From positions 17,360,001 to 17,424,000 of the forward strand of contig CM060731.1 in NCBI GenBank assembly GCA_030704615.1: DNA of 64,000 bases, given 5' to 3'. The notes beneath the pieces were generated by a model, which was given only the letters and a program-made list of their open reading frames with translations, did not search any database and was not told the origin of the DNA. A program made the position numbers and the translations under genes. Numbering within the stretch: position 1 is the stretch's first letter; each line of letters opens with the position of its first letter. This DNA comes from Takakia lepidozioides (lineage: Eukaryota; Plantae; Bryophyta). Positions 33,019-45,445 of the stretch are shown in pieces.

Positions 33019-36000
33019 AATGAGGATGGAAAGAGTGGCCGAAGAGGAAAAGGCGGAAGAAGAGGGCAAAGAGCAAAATTCGGCGATGGAAGAGCAGGAA
33101 TCCGGAGAAGAACAGCAGCCTGCCATAGTTCCAAGAACAGATGAGGAGGACACTGCATCCGAAGGAGAGGCAGACGCCGAAGATGATGTTGACGCTGGCC
33201 TCACGAAGAACCTAATAGTGGAAGAGAGGATGGGGGAGATGCTCCAGAACACGAGAGGCGTGGAGAGCAGTCCGAAGCGCAAAGGGTCCCCGGTGATTGG
33301 GGAGACTTCTGGAGCAGCAAAAAAAAAGGTTTAATCTTTGAAACCCACCTTTGTGCTTCATTGCTGATGTGAACCCAAGTTGAGATTCTATTTCGATATG
33401 AACATAGTCTACACACGGCATCTCTGCCAGGTTGCATCAACCGCGAACAAGAAGCTCAAACAGTGTGCGTTGACGCACACTGTTTGAGCCTTCCATTTTG
33501 CTGGCTTGTTGATGTCTGAAACGGCCAAATTAGGGAACTACGGCAGGTTAAATCCACCACGAATTGGATGCTGAAACAGTGTGCGTTGACGCACACTGTT
33601 TGAGCCCCGCATTTTACTTCTGGTTGATGGTATGAAAAACGGCCAGATAGGGCCACTATGCCCGGTTCAATTCTCCACTATTTGGCAGCTCAAACAGTGT
33701 GCGTTGGCGCACACTGTTTGAGCCCACCTTGTCATTGTTTTTTCATCTGAAAAACGGCCACAAACGGCATGTATTTGAGGATCAATCATCACTTACCTGG
33801 CAGCTCAAACAGTGTGCGTCAACGCACACTGTTTGAGCTCACCATGTCATTGCATTTGTCATCTGAAAATCGGCCACATAGGGTTTGTATTTGAGGATCA
33901 ATCATCACTTACCTGGCAGCTCAAACAGTGTGCGTTGGCACACACTGTTTGAGCTACCCTTATCATTGCCTTTTTCATTTGAAAATCGGCCACATAGGGC
34001 ATGTCTCTGAGGACCGATGAACACTAATCTGGCAGCCCAAACAGTGTGCGTTGCCGCACACTGTTTGAGCACACCTTGTCTCTGTTTTTCCCCTGTGAAA
34101 TTCGGCAATACAGGGCATGTCTCGGAGGTTCAATCATCACTTACCTGGCAGCTCAAATAGTGTGCGTCAACGCACACTGTTTGAGCTCACCATGTCATTG
34201 CATTTGTCATCTGAAAATCGGCCACATACGGTTTGTATTTGAGGTTCAATCATCACTTACCTGGCAGCTCAAATAGTGTGCGTCAACGCACACTGTTTGA
34301 GCTCACCATGTCATTGCATTTGTCATCTAAAAATCGGCCACATAGGGTTTGTATTTGAGGATCAATCATCACTTATCTGGCAGCTCAAACAGTGTGCGTT
34401 GCCGCACACTGTTTGAGCACACCTTATCACTGTTTTTCCCCTATGAAATTTGGCAATACAAGGCATGTCTCTGAGGTTCAATGAACACTTACCTGGCAGC
34501 TCAAACAGTGTGCGTCAACGCACACTGTTTGAGCTCACCATGTCATTGCATTTGTCATCTGAAAATCGGCCACATAGGGTTTGTATTTGAGGATCAATCA
34601 TCACTTACCTGGCAGCTCAAACAGTGTGCGTCAAAGCACACTGTTTGAGCTCACCATGTCATTGCATTTGTCATCTGAAAATCGGCCACATAGGGTTTGT
34701 ATTTGAGGTTCAATCATCACTTACCTGGCAGCTCAAACAGTGTGCGTCAACGCACACTGTTTGAGCTCACCATGTCACTGTTTTTCCCCTTTGAAATTCG
34801 GCAATACAAGGCATGTCTCTGAGGTTCAATGAACACTTACCTGGCAGCTCAAACAGTGTGCGTCAACGCACACTGTTTGAGCTCACCTTGTCATTGCCTT
34901 TGTCATTTGAAAATCGGCCACTACGGGCTTCTCTTTGAGGTTCAATGAACACTTACCTGGCATGTCTCTGAGGTTCAATGAACACTTATGTGGCATGTCT
35001 CTGAGGTTCACTGAACACTTATCTTGCAGCCCAAACAGTGTGCGTCAACGCACACTGTTTGAGCTCACATTTTTTTTTTTTCCATCTGAAAATCGGCCAC
35101 TAAGGGCTTCTTATTGAGGTTCAATGAACACTTACGTGGCATGTCTTTGAGGTTCAATGAACACTTACCTTGCAGCTCAAATAGTGTGTGTCAACGCACA
35201 CTGTTTGAGCTCACCTTTTCTTCCACACATGGCCTGTTTGCCATGCTCAAACACCATCGTCTCATGCCTCACTCTTATATCAATTTGAATGGACAACCCT
35301 GCAGGAGAAGATGCAAAGTGTGGCAGAGGAGATCCCTTCGGGGCTGGGGAAGGATATCATTGTTGATGTTGACGATGAGTTCTATGAAAGCAAAGCTGCT
35401 GAGATGCTGGGGGGTCAGAAGGTAAACTCTCAGCTTGTGGTGCAAAGTATGCTTGCCCCGGGTGGGAGGTTGAAGATTCCCCTGTGTAGGATGGTTTCCA
35501 TGCCCGTCGTTCGACCACCCCTCATCAAGGACATTCTCAAGCTAGAGGCCGAGTTTGTTCATGGGTATTTGGATGGATCCGCAGTGTTTTACGTTTGTAC
35601 AAAGGATTCCACAGGCAATGAGCTTCTTGTGGATGAGTCAATCGTGGACTCCTGGGATCCTATTTGGAGACAGGTGAACGAATCCTTCGAACTTCTTCTC
35701 TCCAGGAAACCTTCCACCCAGGCATTCTCGGGGAAGATGTTTCACGTTTGGGATGGGAACCACCGATTGCTTGCATGGATGGCTGTTATTGGGAGGCTGC
35801 ACTCACAGGAGGAAGAGTGGCATTACTCTGTTCGATCGATGGTGCTGGATTGTGAGGGGAACATGATGGGTCTTCTGACGGCAATGAATGATGTGAACAG
35901 GTTGGTTTCTCATTCTACATGTTCCACTTGTAGTTCCGTGGTTCTTTGATTAAAGTCCTTGAATTTCATTCTGACTTTCAGATATCATTCTGCAGAGGAA

Positions 36001-39000
36001 CGGAGACATTGCATGTCAAAACGAGTCTGGTTCACACACTGTATAGGATACAAAGGATCGGGCAGATGCCCTTGACCAACTTCAAGACCATCCTTTCAGC
36101 AGAGACGTACAAGAAGTGCGAAAGCTCCAAGACATCGGAAACGTGGTACTCGTTGACACGTGAGGCTTTCATGGAGTACATGTACACGGTGAGATACATC
36201 TTCCTTCATCTGCCCTTTCCATATTCCTGCTTCCACATGTTTGTTTCTGTTTGTTTCCCTTGCCCTTGGGTTGATGCAACTCTCGTGCATTCCCTTGCAG
36301 CAAGACATTGCAGATGCAGGGAGCGTGGCAAACTGGAATACTACATGTCAACCCTGAGGAGAGAAGGACAGCAAAGGGGGTTGAGACTCACATCCAAAAA
36401 GAGATGACCGCTACAAGAAGGACTATAATGAGTGCTTTTGTGAAGCAGTTGAGAATTGCCGACCCATCATTCGGATCGCAGTTTCTCTTGGAGATAAAAA
36501 ACCATTATAACAAGCCAGGCAAGCCAGAGATGGCCCAGGAGAAGTTACACAGGTTGTCTACCGCCGTTGTGTCTTCAGAACAGAAGGTGAAGTGGCTACA
36601 GATATGGAACTCCGATCCCACAGTTAGGGATACCCACATGTTCCCCAGGCCGGAGAAAGAGAAGAAGACCCAGCGTGTCATTCCAGTCAGTGACAATGTG
36701 CTGGACACATGGCTTCACAAGGCCACTTACTGGAGCCAGGTGTGATGTCCTTTCTGTGTCACTTTCTTTTCTCTTTTCCTGTCCTTCTCTTTCCATTGCC
36801 TCTCACATTCGCTGTGATTTTTTTTGGGTTCATTCTTGCATTTGAATTGTTTTGCAGTTGGAAGAAAGGGCACGGTCGGTTTGCATACTCAGCTGGCTGA
36901 CTATGGCATCACTATGACAGCACCGAAGGTCTCCTTCGAAGCATACATGAGGAAATGGAGAGCCACAGTGTGGCACTCTTGTTTCTTTAGAGAGTTCAGC
37001 AAGGAGGGTGGCATCAGTCGAACACATGACCTTGACCAGCAAGAAAAAGGAGAGGAAGCCTGGAAACGATGCCTTTACAGGTGCACACCCTGGGCCGTTC
37101 AGGCTACTTAGTGTGCTGTGGTTGCAATGTACTGTGACGCATACAGTTTAAGGGGGTCTTCCTGGTGTGATGGAAAAGCTGAGAGACAATAATTGCATTG
37201 CATAATGAGGCTGTCTTTGTTCCTGCAGGTACATAAAGTTTGTTCTCATGGAAGAGAATTGCTTGGACAAACATCCAGATTTCGTGGACCTCTGGCTTGT
37301 CCCTGCTGGCAATCAGACCATGTTTACTACTGGGATCTTGCATGACTGGGGCCCAGACCATCTTTCTTCTTGTGGTTGGTATTTGGATTGCCCTCCTTCT
37401 GAGACCCCAGCTCCGGAGGTGTCTTTGAGGAGAGAGAATGAGCAATTGCAGCCACTGCCGCAACAGCCGACCTCGACATTCATGAACAAAATTTGAGGAC
37501 TCTTGCAGAGAAGGAGCCTCCCGCTCAGGATACCCCGGGTAGAGGTAGAAAGGCAAAGGGGAAAGATGTTGCTGGTGTTGTGGGGAAAGGAAGGGGTAGA
37601 GGGAAGGTGGCACAAGGGCAGGGAAGTGTTGCAGATATTGGCCCAGTGGTGCATGTCCAGCAGACTCCACCGCATGGTAGGGGATCCATGAGAAAGAACA
37701 AGGGGGTGGTTGATCCCAAGGACCCGTACCATGCAGTGGAACATCCGACGAGGGTCATTTGCCCTACCAGGTTGGAGATGGCCAACGTCGGATTCCTTGC
37801 CATGATGGAGTCCAAGAAATCTGATTACAAGGGCGAGCCATCACCAGTGTGGGAGAGGATTGTAGAGTTCCTCGGCACGGTGCGTGTTCTCTTTTGCTTC
37901 TTCTCTGCAGTGGGCATGGATCGTTTCAATCCTCTTGAGTATTCCATTGTAATTTTGTTTGCAGGCTAAAATGACCAAATCCTGGGTGAACGGGAAGGAG
38001 AAGCAATATGCAGCCGAACTCATAATCTTGGACATCCCTGATGGGTTGGCAGTCCCGGATGTCCCTCCATCGGGTGCTTGTCCGGGTTGGAATGCTTTTG
38101 ATGAGCGCTACTGGCGGTGGGTTTTCTCCTTTTGCAATTTTTTCCTGTCCGATGCAGGTGTTTTGGTGCTCATACAGTCCACCAACGTTCGCTGTCGCCG
38201 TGCACTTGCCAGCTATTTGAAAACCTCGGGCATGAGAATCCTGAAGACATGGAATTGTGTGAACAGCATGTACCTTACGAAGGGGGATCGTCCGGGAGAG
38301 ATGGTAAATTTGCCTTCTTCTTCCTCTTCTTGGTGGTTCTCGGATGGAGTTGTGTAGGTCGCTCGAACTCATATGTAGGGGCCTGATTTTTGAAGCTTCT
38401 TAGTTCCTTCTGGATGTGTTGTTCGCAGACTCGTTTGTTTGAAGCTGTTTGTCTCGTCCGAGTGCATCCACCAACGACTCCGGCCGGCATTTCGGAGTTT
38501 GCCATCACTCATGGGGGCAAGTTCATAGACGACAAGACAGATCCTCCAACGGATGACATGCACCACAACTACGTCGACAGCAACGTCTGCTTGCGAAGGG
38601 GGAATGGGGTTCCTTGGAGAGGGGCGAGGGAGAGGAGCCCGGCTTTCATTCAAACGATTGTGGAGTGCTGCACCTACACAGACGCCAGAGTTCTGGATTT
38701 GTCAATGGGCACAGGTTCGTCTCTTCAACATTCGGATTTCATGAGGTTTGATTCAGCTTGCACTTTCAGTACTTCCCACCGTTCCATATGTGTCTTCAAT
38801 GTCTGCTTCCTTCATTCTATTCCACTGCAGGTGTTTCGTACCACGCTTGCAAGGCCAGTGCCCGACATCTCTTTGGGATTGAAGGGGATGCTGAGATTTA
38901 CAAGAACCTCCTGATGGGTTTGGGTGGACACACTTCTCAAGTCCTTCCGAAGCCCCGTCCCGCTGATATTGATACAGAGGAGACTTCCGACAAGGAGCTG

Positions 39001-39407
39001 GACTCCGACTTTGCCTGTGAGTAAGTTCAACCTGTGGATGCTTGCATTGTTGTTTCAATATCGAAAATCACTGTTCGTGAGGCAAAGTTCACATGGCAGA
39101 CATCCTCTTCGTTGGACTTGTGTATTGCATATTGTGTTCTGAATGGGTTTTTGTCGACATGTACAGGAGTCCGCGTGCCTCCACTTGCCCTCCAGGGCTA
39201 TCACACCTATTTGGACTTCTTTCCAGTCCTCCTCGGTCTTGCGTGCTACCTGTCTATGCGGAGGCACTCGCAACAAGCATGACCGTTCATGGCACTCGGA
39301 GTCCACCCATTGACGGCCGTGGTAGAAGACGTGGTGTTGGGGCCATAATCTTTGTGGATGACATAGCACAGGAGGTCGAGACTGATTCTGATGACTGTGA
39401 CACTTGA
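33019..39407 (+). CDS. M3 cargo: multi-exon ParB/Srx-like plus beta-class DNA-MTase-like fusion (frameshift near 37495)
   Basis: Acidic exon 1 (about 33019-33328); IPLCRM...VRP...VWDGNHRLLAW (35475-35780); ELIILDIPDG...FLSDAG (38015-38160); RERSPAFIQTIVECCT...VLDLSMGTG and VSYHACKASARHLFGIEGD (38625-38890). Confidence 0.82.
33454..35210. repeat. M3 intronic array: 15 copies of 36-bp palindrome GCTCAAACAGTGTGCGT-CA-ACGCACACTGTTTGAGC, period 116 bp
   Basis: Starts at 33454, 33570, 33688, 33803, 33919, 34035, 34151, 34267, 34383, 34499, 34615, 34731, 34847, 35029 and 35175. Confidence 0.95.
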
Positions 39408-40089
39408 TATGAAGTTTCTTTTGGTTTTATTCGGGGCCTAATTTGAAATGGGATGGTTGTGTGTCCTTGTTGTCCTGTTTGCAATGTGTGCGTGGAATGC
39501 ACATTAATGGGAACAAACTATTGTTGGAGATGGGGGTTGCATGGACTGCCCGGATTGTTCCTTCAATCTATTTAGTGTTCTCTGGACCTCACAGACTTGA
39601 GTGCATTGCAAAAACAAACAAACGACTTTGGTTCGTGTACAACATTCTCGCATCATTTGGTCGTTGGTCTCCAAACCATTCCTGCTAGAAGAATGGTTGG
39701 TGAATCCATCACGGTGAAGTCCACCTCATCAAAGAGCTGTGAGGCATTCTCAAATCTAATGAGCATCCATGATGCTCCCGCACATACCTGGCATGTTCGC
39801 AAGGGTGGTGAGTAAGAAAAGATTTTGCAGGGTTCCGCTTTAGATCATGTCAGTGTGCACCTCCTCACGACGTACCCACATAAACTTGTGAGGGCTTGGT
39901 ATGTTGATAACGTCTGCATGGATGCAATGGATGTAATATATCCACTCTGCATTCCCGGGAAATGGCTGATCAACCGCGGAAATAGGTGACACCCGCGGAA
40001 ATAGGCCCTGTATGTATGCTGACGTGGCGTGAGCCTGTGTTGGGCTAACGGAGGCTCACGCCTCCAGGCTCACAGAATAGCACCCCCCC

Positions 40090-43000
40090 CATGGATGAAG
40101 ACGTCCACTGCGGATATGCAACTCATGCGCTTCAGAAAAATGTAATAAAAGTGTTTGCAGGGGACGTATGCTGCATTCTTCGATTCCATAACAAGGAAGT
40201 CCTCACAGTTGCAAGCTGGGTACTGAGAAATCGTGATTGCATACACGACACTACGCGCAGCAGACCCGGCTGTTGACAACTGAAATATGCGCCCCATCCC
40301 GGGGTGAGGAACATCCCTGCAACCTTGCACTATGCAGGGCATTGCAAGAGCATTGGCCATCCTGGTGTCGTTTGCCTTTGTTGGTGGCCGCCGTCTTTTC
40401 AATTTCCCCCACCGATGGGTGGGCCAAGCTGCGGGGTCACCCATCGGTATGCGGGGTGAAGAGCTTCTCGTGGGAGGATGATGATGACTGGGAATTGGAT
40501 TTCGTGGAACGTCTGTCTTCTCCACCAGTCGAAAACTCTGCACTTCCTAGAGCGTCTGCCTCCTCCAGGGTAAGATCTGTACCAGTTGCCACAGGCCAGA
40601 CTGCTGGTGGTTCAGGCATGCCTTGTACACCATACTTGGGCTTGCCAAACACACACGATATGATGTCGTGCCTGCAGAACCAAAACTCCTTCAGTGTGGC
40701 CTCCACAAACTTTGCGCACACAAATCTCTCTGTGAAGCAAGGGGCAGGCACACCGCCCTACGGGCTCCTCCGAATCATCTCATTGCATCTCTGGTTGGTG
40801 TCGACACGAAAAAACACAACATTTGCCACGAAATGACGGACGGGTCCGTGCAATTCTCCACTGCGAGGCCGACACATCTCGCTCCACGATTGGAATGCTG
40901 TATTGGGTAACGATAATAGGAGCAGCATGCTCATCCTCGGCATGTTGTCCCGAGTCTGGCAGCGATTCCATGGATGCTGCAGGAGAGGGGGTACGAGTCC
41001 TGCTGGGAGGAGGCGTGGGACGCAACATCGTTGTGCCCCGAGGTTGAGTGCGGATGTTCATATCGGATCTCCATGAATCCCTGTCGCCTCCGGGCATGTC
41101 CTCAATTCTTCTCTTCACCGGCCGGCTGCGGACATCGCCCTCCAGGCAGTTCCCCCGATTGTGTAACGACGTTGACCTTATTGTTTCCCGCAATGCAGCA
41201 GTCCAATTTTTGGGATCGGTCGAACGATGCGCCGCCCTCATCAGCATCTCCTGCCTGTCTGGTCCGATACCCCATTGCTTTCCTCCCAAAAACTGGTAGT
41301 AACGAGATTGTTGCATGATGGCCCTCACAATATCTTCTGTTGTCAACATGTCAACTAGATGTGCTGCAGAGGAAGCACGCCAGGAAGAGTGCACCGATTC
41401 GGCCATATTCGTCGTCGGCATATCCGTATCATCCTCCAAGCTCATGTCCTGTTGAAGGAAATTAGAAATGTCACTCATTGTGGAGATGTCCAAGCACAAA
41501 ACAGAACAATTGTCAAGTACAGAAATGTGTTACCTGTCTCATGTAGTCTCCAAACTGGCGGAATCTATAGTGCCACCACGCAAGCCACGTTTGCAGTTCT
41601 GGCTGATCTTTCACATCCACTGCCCCTGAAGACACCCACCAGGCGCGTATGGTTGCAAACTCGGTCTCCGCCTCGTCGATGGAATTCGCATTTTTTCACG
41701 CAAGACACATACTGATATGATCCTGCCGGTGGCGTGACGCCACGAACCTTTTCGTGTTTTGCGTCAAACTCTGCATGAAGTGGAACCCGCAAGATCTCTC
41801 CTTACCTTCCATTGGAGTCTTTGGGTCGTCCCCATATACCCTCTTCACTGCAGCCCAGTTCGCCTGGGCATTGTCAGCCATGAAGCCCCTAAAATCGGGA
41901 GGGGGCAACTTCGCTCTCGCCATTTGCTCATTAATTCCGCGCCACATATGCAACTCCAAATCTGTGTCTTCTCCTTTCATTTTGCAGATAGCAATGGTCA
42001 TCAACTTTCTGCAATGTGGGTCGTATACATGTGCCCCCATTGTCACCCAATCGTGGTTGGTAAATCGCCTGATGTGGTCGAACATGACCCAGCAATTTGA
42101 GAGGTCTCCACTGGTCATCCGCTTCACCAAATTGACACCGCTCCCCGGTCCGCACGTTGACATCTTAAATATGAAGCATCTTCCGTCTCTGAGCCTTGAC
42201 CAGGAAAGAAGCTGCCCTGGATGAAGTCGTAGCTGCATGTGCGCTTCACTTCCAAGATGTAGTGCATGTCTGATCCTCTTCCGATTCATTTCTTGCAGCC
42301 GACAATGTGGTTCCTGACATTGGGGTTGCACACATGGGAGATAGCTTCCAGCAGCTCCTTCATGTCTCCCTTGCCCAGCTTCTCTCTTGTGCTTCCGTCC
42401 TCCGACATTATTCTGCCAATTGCAATTCTATGTGCGGATGCGAGCTGTATCTGCTTTGGTTTTGCTCCCGGCCTGAACCTCACCTCCTCCTTGATAATAT
42501 CGTGGGCTTGTTGAAAAGCGACTCTGCAATTGCCTCTGGCGACGAGGTGGTCATGCTTTCCGATGTGAATGCATGCCCTGGTGCACGCTGGGCCGACGGT
42601 CCCGACGTAGTACTGCTTGGCGTTGCACACTGCCATACACGTAGGGGCTGTGTTGCAATGGGCACACTTGAACGTCCCTGCAGGAACTCTACCTTGAGGC
42701 CAAAATGGGGTCGACGAATTGCCAATCCAGTCAGTCTCATTCCGGGTGCCTTTGCTTGTGTAATGGTAACATGTGCTCGAGAAACATTTAAGATGCCCAG
42801 CACACAATACATATCTCACTCGAACTCCATCACCCAGGTTGGACGATGAAGTTTTGGTGACACACCAAGGGTGGCCGTCATGTTTCCTGTTCATTCCTGC
42901 CACCATGCCGTCTGGGCCTGCGCCTGCCGACACTGGAGGGAATTCGTAGATAGCATTCCCATCCACAACATCAGGCAAAGTTTCCACATAATGTCGTAAT

Positions 43001-45275
43001 CAAGCCTAAGAAGGTCACTGGAGCGGGAACCCGTTGTCTTCATCCTCCGCAATATGTCGATTACTGAGCGGACGGAAGTTGAGTCGGAGGGTGTGTGCTC
43101 ATTGTTTGCCGACTTCTGAACACTCCTAGTGACGGACGACTTTGAAACATACGATGGAAGGACCATACAGTCTTCATCGTCACTGGATAAGTCGTGGACA
43201 ACTGTTTCCATGTTTTCCTGGATTTCCCTTTTCACATGTTTGGGCTTCTCTGCTTGTGAAGAGGTGCCCACATCCTTCATGGCAGACTTCACATCTTGCA
43301 CGCCAGACCCTCTTGTGGAAGGAGGATCAACCAAGTTCCAGCGTGGGAACTCTTTAGGCATGATTTCACCAATTGCACTGTACCGGATGGATTCAGAAGC
43401 TAGGAGCCGCCTCTCTTTGCCCTTTCCAAAATCTGCATGCAGTATGACGGCACTTTCCAGAAAATTTCCATAAGCATTCTTCGTCTCCTTTTCCAAAAAC
43501 ACCATTCCAGGGCGGAGCCCGAACTTCACACACAAGTATTGCTCAGTGACAATCGCAAATCCTTGGTCGCAGGGTATTTTAGTTTTCAGAGAATCAGGAT
43601 GGAAGTACACGTTTACCCAAACACGGGAGTCCATGTTGAAGACGGTACCTCTCGGTACGCTCCGCAGCGAAGTCCTGCAATGAGAAGAGTGTGTCCTACA
43701 TAATACCACAATCATTTTCTGGAGGATTATGTATCCAACAGGATGGGTGATTAGTGCACGTATGGATGAAGGTGTGTAACGTACGTTACAAATATGGACG
43801 ACCACAACAAGTTCACATCGGATATTTTGTGCCTGAATTGTGATGTACCACTAGTTGGGCTACAATAAATCAGGCCTTCTCATGAATTTCGGCACCGAAA
43901 TCTGGATGAACATCTCTATAATGTAATAGATTTGGAAGCCAGGGGATGAATTTCGGCGACAGAAATCGTAATTTGTTCACCTCATGAAACTGAGCAAGCA
44001 CCCCGACGGATGGATTTCGGTGCCGAAATTCGGATGAACATGTTCTTCATGAAATTGTTTTTGCACATAAGGGTTGAATTTCGGCGCCGAAATTCATTCA
44101 TCTTCTCCTTTTCCGACCCTAATTTTGCTGTCCTGCGGATGGATTTCGGCGCCGAAATTCATCCAATGCCCTCCCTCTAACATTTATTTCTCTTTGAAAT
44201 GGATGAATTTCGGCGCCAAAATTCATCCTCACTGTCCGCAATGGGTAACTCTAACATTTTCTATGCGATACGGATGAATTTCGGCGCCGAAATTCATCCG
44301 AACCCGACAATTACTTCTTGCTTCTGGATGATGTAATGTTCTGAAATTCGTTTGAAATAACCCATTCCGACGAAGATAACACGAATATTCTGCATTAAAT
44401 GCAGAAATCGGCACATTCAACCCCTTATGTCTTACAAAAGGCCGTTATCCAATGACGAAAGGGGATATTTTTTCATGTTGGGGGAAAATTAATTGCATTT
44501 TAGCCGTTGTTTTCATTTGAAATTGACAGTATCCATTAAGTGGTCATTTTTCGCACGGGACGTTGCCGCACATAAAGTATAATTCCGACGCCGAAATCAT
44601 AGTTAACTGTCCAGACATGGCAAGTCCAACAGGCATGGACAGCAACCGTGAGGGGCAATGATGGCGGCAAAGCGTAGCATGGTGCCGATTTAGTCTTCGC
44701 GCTGGATGAATTTCGGCGCCGAAATATGGATGAAATGTGCCCAAGTGCAGCCATCTCCACTGTCCCGGAATTAATTCCGACTCCGATATCCGACTGACAG
44801 GTTTGCTCATGACGGATGAGGACTGGGGAAGCGATGAATTGCGGCGCCGAAATTTATCCGTCCGCTGATGAAACGTACCTACCTGACTGTTGAATGTCAT
44901 AGGCAGGGGATTTTCATGGCGGTTGGGTTCCATGATATGCAGATATTTCATGCAATGTCGGCTGCTCCGGGAACAGCATCCGGTGAACGGAACGGTATTT
45001 CGGTGCCGCAATTCGGATAAAGCGTCTTGTACTGGTGGCTTGAACAGGCACGCGTCGTGTTCCAGTCGACTTCATCCGTGCGAACGTGTCAGGGGTCGCA
45101 ATCTCTTCATCACCCATACGGCAGAAAGTGGTGGACGGTGGCAACGCTTCGGGAGACGTGGCTGCTTACGCATCTGCTCGTGCACAGTGGTTGCATGTTC
45201 CACCGCTTCGCTCTCTCGTTCCTTGCCCTTCTGCAGTGACATTCTCCTGCGTTTCCTCTCCTTATGCAACATAGT
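40090..45275 (-). pseudogene. M2 MULE transposase (GCM-like ZnF, DDE, SWIM); last codons continue at 28063 leftwards
   Basis: DGHPWC..CAGHLKC..C..CAHC..C..HDH; VMFDH, FMADNA, CGFH, TNMAESVH; SWIM CNCEDF...CKH. VFIH joins APTLSFNKLHKAL across M3. Putative first exon about 44885-45270. Confidence 0.85.
43878..44860. repeat. M2 array of 28-bp palindrome GGATGAATTTCGGCGCCGAAATTCATCC with divergent spacers
   Basis: Cores at 43884, 43948, 44012, 44076, 44141, 44205 and 44276, plus outliers near 44707 and 44836. Confidence 0.88.
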
Positions 45276-45445
45276 GATAGCATAGAGTTTGTGGAAGGTC
45301 AGGCGACTCCGGCAAAGAGAAGGAGGACGCGGGATTTTGGGAAGCCGCCGACCTGGGGGGTGCACTCTTTATAAAATGTCCGTATCACGTGCGTTCGCCG
45401 CCTAATAAAAAAACCCCCTGTATACGGGTCCTTGGATCATTTATA

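Larger units (their letters stand above)
28073..40089. mobile_element. MULE element M3 (structurally complete: transposase plus ParB-MTase cargo)
   Basis: 9-bp TSD catggatga at 28064-28072 and 40090-40098. Ends cagcgtagctacggcgtgagcc... and ...ggctcacagaatagcaccccccc, with CGTGAGC units. Excision restores the M2 reading frame. Confidence 0.93.
25798..45445. mobile_element. MULE element M2 (left TIR present, right end not found), host of M3
   Basis: Begins gtggttgctattccatgagctcatgagc, M1-like TIR, exactly where the PPR sequence stops. Its transposase is split by M3. No right TIR or TSD seen, so the end coordinate is the start of the duplicated block. Confidence 0.75.

Noticed and set aside
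33454-35210. CRISPR array
   Set aside because: The 80-bp spacers are themselves repeated, the array is in a spliceosomal intron and no cas-like ORF is visible.
43878-44300. Bona fide CRISPR call
   Set aside because: Repeats are degenerate, some spacers share remnants (ctaacatt) and the context is a eukaryotic transposon; kept only as a finding.
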